Shown one piece after another: positions 1-13,084 of a DNA stretch of 64,000 nt; position 1 is the stretch's first letter; every line of letters starts with the position of its first letter. The notes below the pieces were generated by a model that saw nothing but the letters and a program-made list of their open reading frames with translations, made no database searches and was not told where the DNA came from. Made by a program: the position numbers and the translations under genes. Source of the stretch: Gekko japonicus (Eukaryota); assembly GCF_001447785.1 (NCBI RefSeq), contig NW_015159760.1:186001-250000 (forward strand). The letters run 5' to 3'.

Positions 1-540
1 CTGGACTGCATTGAACTAGATGGATGCATGTTTAGGTATTCATGCAGATGAATGCAGTTCCCAGCTGAGAACACTAGCACAGGCATAAATGCACACAACT
101 AGAACTACCTGAGACCTCAGTGGAGCCATTATAGCTTGATGTACATTGCAAAAATAATGCATCTACCAGTAATGCCTTCTATCTATTACATTTTCATCCT
201 GCCATCCCTTCATGGAGTTCAAGGTAGGATAAGTGGTTCTTCCCTCCTCTATTTTATCCTCACAAAAACACTGTCAGATAGTTTTGTCTCCCAACATAAC
301 CTATCGGTAAGTTTCCTGATTGAGTGGGGATATGAACCTGGGTCTCGCTAGGCTTGTCCAATCCTTTACCTCACCACATGTGCTGCCAGTCATAGTAGTG
401 GATTACAGCAGTGCACCAAACAGAAGGCACTTGCATAGCCAGAGTTCAAGACTGCGGCAAAACCTCAGGAATATATAGAATGAGAGCAGGAATCTCAGTG
501 CCAGCTACAGAATTTCAAGACTGAGCTTCTGTTTCTCTTT

Positions 541-1710
541 CTGTTTTAGAAGTTACATGTTTTACTGCAGCCATTGCAAGTGGTCTCTGTCATTTCAGTA
601 TATTTTCCAAGTCCAAAGCTTTGCTGCCATTAGACAGGGCACTGTGGCAAACTCCACAAACGGGACTTTTCTGCTTAAGACATTCCTGAATGCACAGCAT
701 ACAGAAGACACAGCCTCAAGGCACCCACTCAGGGTTCTTGTACACCTCCAAGCATGTGAAGTAAGAAAGTGGAACTAATCACTCAGTGGTAGGCGCCCCC
801 CTCAGGAAACTGATTGGTTTCCTGAGGGGGTGCTTGCCACTGAGCGACTAGACCTGCTTTCTTACTTCATGTGCTTGGAGGTGTATGAGAACCCCGTGTG
901 GGTGCCTTGAGGCTGTGTCTTCTGTATGCTGTGCATTCAGGAATACAATATCAACAAAGAGAATCACAGAAATCAAATACAAAATAATAAGAACCACCAC
1001 TGTGATGGATTACTAGGTAGCAACTGATTAAAAAAAAATTATTAACCACGTTTGACCAATAACTAATCATGTTTTAACACATAGAAAATTCTCTCAATAA
1101 TGCACAGAAGCATTTAACAGTCACAATACATGTTATGCTGTGATCCAAACAATGGTAAGTATTGCATATATTCAAATTGTTCTCCAATCCAGATGCCAAA
1201 AAATCATAGCTTCTGTGTTTCCAAAAAGATCCAGATGGATGAAACATACACAAATTATAAATACTTGCAAGCTCTGGCTTCCTGTGTTGCCAAGACACAC
1301 TCAACAAATTCCAAATGGAAAAAAAGAACACCAATTACAGACACTCGCAAGCTCTGGCTGATGGGCGGCCAGCTTGAAAACCCGTTTCAGCATCCATCCT
1401 TTTTCAAAGATGAAACTGCTTCCTGGATCAGCGCTGGAATTAAACATCATAACACTTGACAATAACTGGTGATTAGTTATTGGTCAAATGTGGTTAATGA
1501 TTTTTTTTGTAATTAATTGCTAGTTAGTAATCCATCACAGTGGTGGTTCTTATTATTGTGCATCCAGGAATGACTAAGCCAAAAAAGCCGGTTTGTGGAG
1601 TTTGCTGCATTACCCTAATGGCAGCAGAGGTTTGGACTTGAAAAAGCAAATTGAAATGACTGAGACCACTTGTAATGGCTGTAGTAAAAAAAATGTACTT
1701 CTCAAAACTG
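541..1710. repeat. Nested inverted-repeat (foldback) structure
   Basis: Arm 541-696 pairs with 1557-1710; near-perfect palindrome 682-944; arm 983-1069 pairs with 1470-1557. Confidence 0.9.
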
Positions 1711-2060
1711 CATGGTCATGTTGCTTCTTTCTGTTTTAGGTATTAAAGCCTCTACCAGAACGGGTAAGTGCCAAAGGGTTCTCTGCTCTTAGCCTGTGGC
1801 CTTAAGTGAGTTGGTGCAGTTGGATTTTGGATCAGACTTGGAGCTGTACTGCATTTTCTTTTTTGTTGATGGTCGTTTGTCTGTTTGTCTCTCTGGGGGT
1901 TTTTAATTAGTTGCTTTGGATCCCCAGTGCAGGGGAAAGTGAGATATAAAAATAAAGGCATAAAATGCAGCAGCTTCCTCACTACCAGCAGGAGGAGTGT
2001 CATGGATCCCAGTAGCATGAGGCAGAGATTCTAGGGAGGAATGGATACGTATATTGGTAT

Positions 2061-2279
2061 TAGGGTTGCCAACATCCAGGTGGTGGCTGGAAATATCCTG
2101 GGATTACAATTCATCTCCAGGCAACAGAAATCAGTTCACCTGGAGAAAATGGCCGCTTTGGAAGTTGAACTCTATGGCATTAGGCCCCACTGAAGTCCCT
2201 CCTCTACCCAAACCCCACCCTCCTCAGGCTCCACCCCCAAGAGCCCCAGGTATTTCCCAACACAGAGCTGGCAACTTTA
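2061..2279 (+). mobile_element. Non-autonomous DNA transposon (MITE) with TAGGGTTGCCA termini, probably hAT
   Basis: Same ~220-240 bp family recurs at 8694-8938, 9545-9734, 16779-17018, 27935-28136 and 33322-33510. Confidence 0.75.
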
Positions 2280-3090
2280 ATGTGTGTGCATGTGTGAGCA
2301 TGTTTGAGATATGGGTAGAGGGGAGGTATTCTATTAGTGTTTCTTGTGCATATCTGCATACATGAGTGTAGTAAGTCAGTTGAATGATGAGTAAGTGAAA
2401 AGTCAGAATGGGATATATTTCTTACACAGAGATACTTGTGGTCACAAAGCACCTTAGAGACTAACAACATTGGTTCCAGCACATGCATTCATGAGGCAGA
2501 GGTCACTTCAGATGCATGAAGTATACGACCATTAGGCTGCTTCATTTATATTAAAGGCTGTGAGCAACAGAAATGTGTTGGGGGGAAAAGATGTTACAAA
2601 GAATGGCTAGTTTAAAACAAGATCCAATCAAAAGTAGTCTGGAGATCAGTTGTAATGTTGGGAGATCATCAGGCCCAACCTGGAGGTCAGCGACCCTACA
2701 TTGCCCTGGTCTACAAAGATGGTTCAGAGGTTATGGACTAGTTCGCCTAAATGTTCCCTTTATAATTGCATCCTGCAGGTTAAAAAAAATCTATTGTGAA
2801 ATCATAGTACTGAATGCACAAAAGGCAGGCAATTAAGGACACATAAATGCAAAATGACATAAAAATAAAAGGAAGTATCACCTTGTTGTGCACCTTTGTA
2901 ACCGAACTTTCTGCATTACGGTACATCATGTCTTAGGCAGGTTTTTTTGTTTGCATTATTTTCCAATTCTGTAACCCTAGTCCTATTATATTGCCTTGAT
3001 TGAATCTATTTTTATATTTGGTACTCCACTTTGTAATCTGCCTCATAGACCAAGCACACCTCTTTAGAAACAAAACATTAAATGACTTAC

Positions 3091-3186
3091 AGCATCTGCC
3101 TTGCTCTCCCTCCACAAGCGGGGGACATCTAACACCTGCATGAACATCCCCTTCAAGTTGGCAATGACAACTGCCGCTAACACAGA
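3091..3186 (-). CDS. SLC26A4: Pendrin exon 12 ([32 protein letters not shown])
   Basis: cag|...|gtaagt, 96 nt. Confidence 0.96.
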
Positions 3187-3394
3187 CTGCAAAGGGAAAT
3201 GAGAGTAATTAAACTGTGTTATTCCAGGAAGACACCAGCACTGTGTGCGTGTGTGCGTGTGTGCGAGAGAGAGTTAGTTAGCTGTTGGAGGAGAGAGGGA
3301 GGACGCTTTTTCTTTATTGAGGCAGAACCCAAACATAACAGCAAGTCATGAAGCTGCAGATGTGTAAACAATAAGAAGCACAATCACAAAATAC

Positions 3395-3472
3395 CTTTTG
3401 TAAAGGTTCAAGCAGCTTGCCCAAGGCAACTATGGCAATCAACACAATTCCAGCAGAGATTATGCCAGCAAC
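3395..3472 (-). CDS. SLC26A4: Pendrin exon 11 ([26 protein letters not shown])
   Basis: cag|...|gtattt, 78 nt. Confidence 0.96.
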
Positions 3473-3904
3473 CTGAGAAAGAGATGGTTTATACGATCAA
3501 TCAAACAGATTTCCTATTAGCTATATTTACATAGAATCATAATGCATAGCTTCACTACCTTTAGTAGGCTAGTTTGGTTTTTCATGTGCAGAAATAATTT
3601 AGTAACAATAAAAGCAAATCTCACAGTGCTAATGAAGAAACATGTACTGGTTTGAAATAAATTAGCTTTTGCAAGCATATACCATATTCAGACAGACTGA
3701 AACATGTCTTTCCCACCTGTGATCACTTTCTTTCTTTTTCAGTCTTGATATAATATGGAGGTGGTAATCAGGTCATCTGAGCTCCCCTACAAAAGCCTGC
3801 ACAAGCTATCATTAAAAAAACTCCTAATCTAGTACACTCAGTTGGTATCCTGGTCTTTCCAGATGATTGCCTCAAGGCTTTCATATTTTATCTAGGTTCA
3901 GACA

Positions 3905-4090
3905 GACAAGCAATCTGGATAGCCTAGACCGGCCTGATCCTGTCAGAGCTTGGCTGCCAAGCAGTGCAGGTCATGGCTGGTTGGTATTTGGATGGGAAAC
4001 AACCAAAGAACAGCTAGATTAGTATGCAAAGGAAAGCAATGGCAAAGCACTTGTGTTCATCGCTTGTCTTGGAAACGCTACTGCGGGACC
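3905..4090 (+). mobile_element. 5S rRNA-derived SINE, diverged
   Basis: 5S-like head (cctgatcctgtcagagcttgg...ttggatgggaaac) followed by a GCAATGGCAAA tail. Confidence 0.6.
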
Positions 4091-4127
4091 CAGTCCCCTA
4101 GTGGTTTTTATGGGCCCCTCCCTGAGC

Positions 4128-4440
4128 CAGGGCTCTAGTCGGGGGGGAGCTCTCAGGTACGGAGCTCCGGAAGAGAACCTCTAGGGGGCGGGGCGGTCAC
4201 GTGGTGAAGCCCCGCCCCCTTCTTTACCCCGCCCTCTGCTTCGATCCTCATTCCGTTTGGGAATGAGGATGAAGCAGGAGGGTAAGTGGCCGGGCCTTCT
4301 GACACACTTCCGGTGATGTCAGGGAGTGTGGCCTTCTGTCACTTCCGGTGATGTCAGGGGGCGTGGCATATGCAAATAAGTTATGCTAATGAGTTATGCT
4401 AATGAGCTCCGGCAGCTCTTTTTCTACAACAAGACCCCTG
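4128..4440. mobile_element. hAT-type MITE with 8-bp TSD CCCTGAGC
   Basis: CAGGG...CCCTG ends; TSD at 4120-4127 and 4441-4448; internal ~29-bp tandem repeat. Confidence 0.8.
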
Positions 4441-4757
4441 CCCTGAGCCATGGCTCCCCCCCCCGGGCCATCTCACCCCGATGGCCTGTCGGCAGGGAGG
4501 ATGAGGGCAGCACAAGCAGCAGCAACGGTGATGAGGCTGGGCTTAGAAAGCAGCCCGGCAGGCAGCAAGTGTGAATGGAGTGGGGAGAAGCCTCCATCTT
4601 GGGCTTCCACCAGACGCTCGCTGCGCCGCCCACCAGCAGCAGGTAAGCCCAGCCAGGCAAGGCAAGGAGGCAGGTGGTTTCATTATCTGTTTATAATGCC
4701 ACATAAAATCACTAACAGGGAAATTTCATAGTAATACAGGAATTAGAATGATCTTTA

Positions 4758-4994
<237 letters not shown>

Positions 4995-6931
4995 CTATAC
5001 ATTAAAAAAATTGGTGGAGAGCCAAAACAAAACAAAAAATTGAATCAGATTCAATTATAGCTGTATGCTGTGTTTGAGTTTAAGATTTTCTTAACAATGG
5101 GACATTCAGAAACAAGTTCCTAGACAGAGCAGCACAAGATCTCGTATAACATTTTATTGGGAAAATGTTGCAGATAAATCCACAGGAAAAAAAGAAAATG
5201 CTGTTAGAAATATATTTATTTAAAATATTTATATACTACTTTACGATTTTGTAAAACATAATTTTTAGTGTATTTTGAAGAAAAGGAAGAGTCAACACTA
5301 TTCACTGTTTAACAATGGGAAAAGTTAGAGTTTACATTGTTTTACTTGGTCCTGGGCCTTGAATAGTCCAGTTCCAGACACTGTACACAGAATTCTATAG
5401 CAGGACTATCCTTCATGCTTCCTCATAACGTACCTTCCTATACCCAGCAGATCTACCTATTTATTCATGTCTGACAAAGCTTAAACCCTAAAAATCTCAT
5501 TCATCTCTAAGTTGCTCCTGGACTCAAATCCAGCTGTTCTACCGCAGACCAACACGGCTACCCTCTGAAACTTTCCTCAACTCTTTCCTACTTTGAGGGT
5601 GAGTTGCAGGAAATCACAATACCTTTTGTGTCTTAAAATCCTATCACTGTTGCAAGCTACATGCTTCAGTTTTGTGTACCAATTCAGTGGGTTTTTTAAA
5701 GGATTATGACAATGCAGTAGCATAATAAAGCGCCAAGTAATCTTGCACAGAGAAACAAGGAATACTGAATAATCTAAGACAAAGTTCTTGAATTAACTTT
5801 CTTCTACTACTTGCCAATGTATCTTGTATGGTTACACAGTGCAAAGATGTTTCAAGTGAACGATATCTTCAGAAATTTCTGCTAGTTAAACCCCATCCAC
5901 CCCATGTTCATTGTCAACACGTCCATAGTAAACACCTCCCCCAAAAGCAGAGACATTGCTGATTCTATTACTGCCCCAAAGTGTATTATGTAATACAAAG
6001 AATAAGCAGGAATACACCAGAGTGAAAAATCTCAGTACACATACAGCCATGTTAACTTCCTACGAAAACTTTGTGTGATCTCAGCACACTACCACTTCAG
6101 GTTGTAATGCACAACCCTAAGGACAATTTCCAGGGAAGAAACCCCATTTAATAAAATGGGACTTAGTTCTGAGTAGATCTGTTTAGGAGCATTCCCTGTG
6201 CTTCCCAAGTGCTTGATAATGTACTTATTTCTAAGCAGAGTTACACCCTTTAAAGCCCACTGACTTCAACGGACTCTGTTTAGGAGTACTATGTATAACA
6301 GTTGTAAAGAGAAAACGTCAGCAGTATTGTACATACTCATGCTATTTATTTGAATCCTAACTGAGGTTAGATCCAAATATGACAGCCCAAAAAGTCTTCC
6401 CATGTCAAGTTTTCCCCCTTCTAGTGATGGGTCTTTTTTGACATGATGTCATCCCCCCGCTACATAACTACACATCTAATGCTGCCCCCTTCCTGCCCTA
6501 TCTTTTAATTGCTGGGTCTATGTTTTTATATATGTATTTTACTTTTGCTTTTATTATTGTTTTATAATGTTCTGCTTTTAATTGTTAGTTACATCAATAG
6601 CATTGATCAGACAGAAAGGCAGAATATGTATTCTGCAAATAAAGAAATAAAATAATTCATGAGGAGAAGAGGAGAACACGGGGGGGGGGGGGCGACTGCC
6701 ATTTTCAGCAGTGGCGCTGAGTGTTTTGTCATTTCTAGTTTTGCCCTGAGTCACTGCTGTGAAATCATTCACCATTAACACAAACTATTGAATGAAGTTT
6801 ATTCTTCTCCATATATATTATCTAAGTAACTTTAAATGCAACATGTCTGCAATACACAGATAAATTAGTAACATGTTTTCCTCCACAGATAAATGAGCTT
6901 TATTTCAAAAAGGCTCTCTGGCTCTACATAC

Positions 6932-7079
6932 CTGGTTTCCGTCAATAGCATAGTCATATTTAGTTGCATACACTTTGCCTACAGAGACAGCTATTGCATA
7001 CGCAACAATAGCAATGGAAAAGGCAGAGGCCATCATATCGCCAAACATACTGACAGCTGGAGGTTCAGGAGGCAAGAAT
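6932..7079 (-). CDS. SLC26A4: Pendrin exon 9 ([49 protein letters not shown])
   Basis: tag|...|gtatgt, 148 nt. Confidence 0.97.
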
Positions 7080-8105
7080 CTAAAAATGTTAAATAAGTAT
7101 ATATATTGGCGTGTGGGGCACTCTACAAATTCTAATTAGAACACACCCTTTGATTTGCTTAACTTTTTAATTAATGCATTTCCTTACTTCACAGGGGGGG
7201 AAAAAGTAATTTAGGGAAACATATGTCCTATCAACCCCCTCCACGTATTGCATAAACTACACACTGTAAAAAAAGCTTTATTGTAGAAATAAGGGTTCTC
7301 TTTTCTGCTTCAGATGAAAGTCATGCAGCGCAATCACTTATGATATGAAAAGTATGTGCATGATAAACAGTTCACCATAAAGCCATGTTTAGTTGTTACA
7401 ATGTGGTGATCCAACTGAACCAAAAGAGAAGATTGTACAGTGCGTGATCCTCTTGGTATGCACAATCACCACTTTACGTAAACAGGGCAATACACATATT
7501 TTCCCACTATGGTACAGATTTTTTTTTATCATATGTGTTTACACATATGGACACTAGAAAATATGTCCTTCACGCAAAATAACAATTACACAGATCAGTA
7601 GGATTGTGGGTAGCATATTCTCCTGTTATGTGAAACTGAAGCACCAAAATTGTAATGACTGAACAGGATTTAAATTAATACTGGGGACAGTGGAATATTA
7701 GCTGTCTGCTTTCACTCTCTATAAGGTATGCACATATTTAGAGTTCTACATACCTACATCCAATAGCACATGATCCTTGCCCCTGCCCCCCAAAAATGAA
7801 AAATCCTTCTCTCCTTCCCTTTCCCATTCCCTCTGAAAGTTACTTCACAGGCTATTTTGCCAGCACTCATAAAGAAATAACGTATTAACCAATATACACC
7901 TTCTATGCGAATACCATACATGCGAATACCATACAATTTTGCCCTATGTACTCTGCGAACTGCAGTAAAAAAGTCACTGCTTGAACTTTATGCATAAGCA
8001 TGTTTCTCAACTCCCTTATATTAGAATGTTATATGCTCAGCAGCCTTATTATCAACATTAATAGAAAAACATTAGTGCATATTTAGCAACATTGGCTGCA
8101 CTTAC

Positions 8106-8188
8106 CCACTAGGAATACTTTTAACAATGCCTGCATTGTATTTTTTCTCCAGATCAACACCATATGAAATCCCAGCTGCTACGATAGT
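8106..8188 (-). CDS. SLC26A4: Pendrin exon 8 ([27 protein letters not shown])
   Basis: cag|...|gtaagt, 83 nt, after an 88-bp intron. Confidence 0.97.
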
Positions 8189-8276
8189 CTGGAATCAAAA
8201 GACGTATCTGTCTAAATGTAGAAAACTGGTAGTGTTCCATTGCCCAACCCACCATTTGCATTCACTCTTTGCTTAC

Positions 8277-8429
8277 CACAATAACTTCTATAGGAATAGG
8301 AACAGGAATCTTATGTCTGAACCGATCATTTATTTCCTTGACCACCATACAGACAACAATGGTCAACAAGCCAGCGATGAAATCGGCAATGTTGGTGGTT
8401 CCAATGTTTTGAAATATTTCAATAAGGGT
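8277..8429 (-). CDS. SLC26A4: Pendrin exon 7 ([51 protein letters not shown])
   Basis: tag|...|gtaagc, 153 nt. Confidence 0.97.
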
Positions 8430-8693
8430 CTAGAGAAAAAGAAAGACAATGCAAAATAATTTTGTTCAAAATAAAAGATGAGACCATGGTCCGAAAACAT
8501 TTGATAAGTTCAGACTAGGTCAGAAGCTATCTGTGTCTGTAGTCCTATGCATAAAAATTGAAATTAAACTCACTGAATTTAATGGGACTTACTCCGAAGT
8601 AAATGAGCATAAGCAGCTATGAATTTTAAAAGAAAACAGCTCTGCAATTTTGTCTGTATGATTTTGAAAACACGAGGACCCAAAGCAAGGTCA

Positions 8694-8938
8694 TAGGGTT
8701 GTCAGGTCCCCCCTGGCTACCAGTGGGGGATGGGACGTTGAGTTATCAGATCTAGGTTGGGAAACTCCTGGAGATTTGGGAATGGAGCCTGGGGAGGACA
8801 GGGAGCTCAGTGGGGTACAATGCCATGGAGTCCACCCTCCAAAGCATCCATTTTCCCCAGGGGAACTGATCTCTATAGTCTGGAGTTGAGCTGTAATTCC
8901 AGGGGATCCCCAGGTCCCACCTGGAGGCTGGCATCCTG
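8694..8938 (-). mobile_element. TAGGGTTGCCA-family MITE
   Basis: Reverse copy of the 2061-2279 family. Confidence 0.75.
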
Positions 8939-9009
8939 ATCACAAAATATTGACACTCCTGTTCTGTGGTTTCTCGTTGTAAAAGTTAAGTGCAAGTACT
9001 TTTACATCT

Positions 9010-9305
9010 AAGAAAAGCCCTGCTGGATCAGACCAGCAATCCATCTAGTCCAGCATCCTTTTTCATACAGTGGCCAACCAGTTACTCTGGAGGGCCAACA
9101 AACAAGGCATAGAAGCCAAGGCCTTCCTCTGATGGTGACTCCTAACAGTGGTATTCAGAAGTTTACTACCTCTGAATATGGACATTCCCTTTCGTCACCA
9201 TGGCTAGTAGCCGCTAGTGGACCTATTCTCCACAAATCTACTTCCCTCCTAAAGTCATCTATATTTGTAACCATCACTATGGCCTCTGGCAGTGAATTCC
9301 AAGAG
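9010..9305 (-). mobile_element. CR1 LINE 3' fragment
   Basis: Resembles the 3' end of the CR1 at 54190-54450 (tccagc...cacagtggcc...ctctggcagtgaattcca). Confidence 0.6.
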
Positions 9306-9544
9306 CTGAACTGATGAGGCTGTAGTCATCTCTGTCCATTGTACCCAAAAAGCTCTGACTTTGAAGTGTTTCATCACATATATATGTGCATGTATGTGCA
9401 CACAATATTCAATGGTCAAAATGTACTTACACAGAGGCTGTTTCTGTGACTTGAAAGAACCTACAAGTTATTTATTTTGTCTCAATTTAAAAACAGAGAG
9501 GTGTGATTTGGTGTTTTGTCCCAGGATCCCCAAAAGCTTCTCTC

Positions 9545-9734
9545 TAGACTACAGAGATCAGTTCCCCTGGAGAAAATGGATGCATTGGAGGGTGGACTCT
9601 TGGGATTGCATCCTGTTGAGGTCCCTGTCCTCCCCAGGCTCCATCCGCAGATCTCCAGGAGTTTCCCAACCTGGATCTGGCAACCCTACCCCCCTCATTC
9701 CCCATCAGTGGCCAGGGGGGACCTGGCAACCCTA
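9545..9734 (+). mobile_element. TAGGGTTGCCA-family MITE (5'-truncated)
   Basis: cagagatcagttcccctggagaaaatgg...ctggcaacccta. Confidence 0.75.
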
Positions 9735-9876
9735 TCCTGACCAGTGCAAGGTGGGTAGGAGCCACTACTGTTGCCAGAAGCCAGCGAGTCAAGCCCCAGA
9801 TGGGGCAGGTGCAGCAACAGCAGGAGACTGCTCTTCTTTGCTCCCATCCCTTGGGGCAGTGGGGCTGTGGGCAGTT

Positions 9877-10264
9877 TATTTATTTATTTTTCGCATTTAT
9901 ATCCCGCCCTCCCCGATGGGCTCAGGGCGGCTAACAAGGGCAAGGTAATAACCCTGCCATAATTAAAACATAATATACATAATATACATAGTAACTTAAA
10001 ACATATAATACATATTAAAACTTCCGATACTTAAAAACAACGGTGCTCACTCAACTTCTGATATCATAGGTCCAAAGATGGCATCAATGCAGTTCCAGGT
10101 GGTACTTCCCATGCTGTTTGCACCCACAGGAGAACGGCTTAGATCTTTTTTGCAATATCCAGATGCTTCCTCAGGGCCTCGTCAAAACCATGACGGTGGT
10201 GGTATAATAGGGGGGGCGGCTCCTACTCAAAGGTCTGGTGGAAGAGCTCCGTCTTGCAGGCCCT
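9877..10264 (-). mobile_element. L2-clade LINE 3' end
   Basis: Reverse complement matches the 3' end of the L2 at 60060-60440 (GCCGCCCTGAGCCC...GGGAGGGCGGGATATAAAT and (AAAT)n tail). Confidence 0.75.
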
Positions 10265-10438
10265 GCAGTTGAGGCTTCCCCAAGTGTGGGGCTGGGCCAG
10301 CTGTCCCTGTTAGTTAGCTTTAGTCCCCCATTAGTTAGCTAAGACCACCCAAGTGAACTTTATGGCAACATGGAGATCTGATGTCAGGTCTCTCTAATCC
10401 TAGTATGACTATCTAAGCACAACACCACACTGGTTCTA

Positions 10439-10648
<210 letters not shown>

Positions 10649-11645
10649 CTAGAGAAAAATGAAAACACAAACTTAACTTATCAACAGGTAAGAAATGTAG
10701 AAAGTAATTATAGCATATAAAAATCAAGTCTTATTTATAATTTTTAGTGTAGGCTGACATAACAGCAAATTGTATTATGCCTTTAGAGCCAGTATACTAC
10801 TATGTCATCCTCAGTTTAAATCAATGGTCTTAGAATGATATAACTCTGCTTAGGACTGGCACTGTTAGATGTTCAGCAAAATCAAGTGGGGGAAAACCTC
10901 TTTTTGATTATACATCAAGATGTGTGTTTTAATGCTTCCTTGTGGAATGTAAAAAAAACCCCTTTAGTATAGAGACAATTAGCATGTGAAGATAAAGGGT
11001 TCAGCCTATGCAGTACTCTGACATGCAATTTTGCTCTGTATGTAAACAGTTCGGGACAGATTAGTATAGATGCAAGCTTTCAAACCTGCAACCTGAAGTG
11101 CTACTGCTCAGAAGCAACTTTACCACTTGATTCTACTGAAGGTTTTAACTGCCCATAAATCTTACTTTGTAAAGTTCAAATGAGGGTAGAAAGGTGGGAT
11201 ATAATTTTTGCAAAATAAAATTAATTTTAAAAATTCATGTCTCTTGCCTTTTTCTTTTCTTTTTTGCATGGAGTCTTAATACATTTGCTAACAACAACAA
11301 ATGATATTTTTCCTGCAATTGATATAGACCTTCCCACATTCCCACTTCTGCAAGATACTGGAACAAGGCTTGAAGTTAAACTTTTAATTGCAGAACTCAA
11401 GTCTTCCCCAATTTTTATCCCATTAAATAAATGTAAAAAAAACCCCAGTACTGTAATAGTAGTATCAAACTATGCAAAACTGTAAACATGATGCAGCCTT
11501 TTGTATTCTAATTTAATATTTTGAACCTATTTTAGCTCTAGCTGACAGAAGTAAATAAAGCTAAGCTGATTTTTCCTTTTTTTTTCCAGTTCTGTAATAA
11601 AGCAGAAAAGCAAACGTTCTGAGACTTTCGTCAGTGTTATATTAC

Positions 11646-11830
11646 CTGCATAATGCCAACCAGAAACGTGATGGTGCTGGCAATTAGCACTCTCTCTGCA
11701 TCTCTGGCTTCAGTGTCTATAACTGTTTTGTTCAGCCCCGTCATGTTACTGTTGACCACGAGAAAATTTTCATCAGGGGCCATGCTCAGAACTACTGAGC
11801 CAACCATCAAACTGACCACAGGAAAAGGGC
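11646..11830 (-). CDS. SLC26A4: Pendrin exon 5 ([39 protein letters not shown]...IMQ)
   Basis: cag|...|gtaata, 185 nt; ORF track 11637..11819; two N-glycosylation sequons NMT and NKT. Confidence 0.97.
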
Positions 11831-12813
11831 CTGTTCAAAGGAAACTTACATTATATATAGACAAACTTATCTGTTAACATTCTCAAAAGCAGTTAACATA
11901 AAAATAAATATCTCAGGACCAAACTAGATGTTATGGCATCCATGGGTCTGACCCATGGATGCCAACTCCATTTTAAAATGCCATGTTGGGCTGCAGTGCA
12001 GTGGAACCAGGCAGTCTTCTTTACCCTACTGTGCCTCTTTTCAAGTGCCAAAAAAAGCCAATTTCAGCACTTGAAAAGGCGTGCGCGGGGGGGACGGACG
12101 GGGACGGACAAGACTACCTAGTCTCTCTGTGCTGTGGGTCTGATCAGGATCAGGCCTTCATGGCATTTTTAAATCACCAAATTCTGCTTTTAAATGGCAT
12201 TGGTGTGTCCATGCGTCAGACTCATGAATCCTGTAATGTCTAGACTGGCCCTTATTTGGAAGCTACTGTTTGGATCCAACAGAGGACCTCCACAGGCAGA
12301 AAGGGAGCAATATTCACAATTTCTCCCCTCATACTGTAGAGATTTGATTCCTCCACAAACCATTCCCCGGGGGGGGGGGGGCATTTCTTGGGCCATGTGG
12401 GGTTGCAATGGGGAGGGGGAAGCAAGAAAGTCATGATGCACTGATGGAAATGCCTTCTGTGGGCCAGCCCCATGTGTACAGCTGTAGAAATACACTCCAC
12501 TAGTTAATCTGAACTAGGAGTATCCCGCTATTATGTTTGGGCCTGAATAAATCCCATTGATTCCACTGGCAGAGGGCCTGTGTAATTTACCCCTGATACT
12601 AATTGCTGGATTCCAGCACTAGTGAAGGAAGAGGACACAAGTATGAAACACATGCCTGAAAATGATCCCTCTGCATACAGCAGAATTCAGAAACCATAAA
12701 ACTATGCCAACATAAAACCCTATGGTAGCAAATTAATTTTTCAAAGCGGCTTAACACTTAAATATTAACATCTTCAAAAAAGGCTTATGTTAAAATGGGA
12801 AGTGTATGGTTAC

Positions 12814-12924
12814 CAACTGAGATGTGTCTTGATGTGCCCAGAAAGAAGTATGTCAGGATGGGGAAAAAAGCAGAGTAGAGGCCATATCCAACAGGGACAG
12901 CAACCAGCAATGCATAAGCCAGGC
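12814..12924 (-). CDS. SLC26A4: Pendrin exon 4 ([37 protein letters not shown])
   Basis: cag|...|gtaacc, 111 nt, SLC26 sulfate-transporter signature region. Confidence 0.97.
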
Positions 12925-13084
12925 CTGAAATATCAAAAGAATTTAGGGTTTTCAATTCTCATTTTGCAATGGACTCTTTACATCTTATATACAGTTCCCC
13001 TTGTTGCCAGAAGTGTAGTTGTTTTTCTATCGAAATGCTTGGTCTCCTTCCTACCTTCGTCCCATCTCGAGAGATGCCAGTTGT

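Noticed and set aside
1130-1459. 109-aa Cys-containing ORF in the loop of the foldback structure
   Set aside because: No recognisable domain, so it cannot be supported as coding; a tBLASTn/HMM search would settle it
1-3090. SLC26A4 exon 13
   Set aside because: No VIWVFT...LGLDLG-like exon found; it presumably lies beyond the left edge
9361-9948. 195-aa ORF on the + strand
   Set aside because: Crosses a MITE and an L2 tail antisense to pendrin; chance ORF
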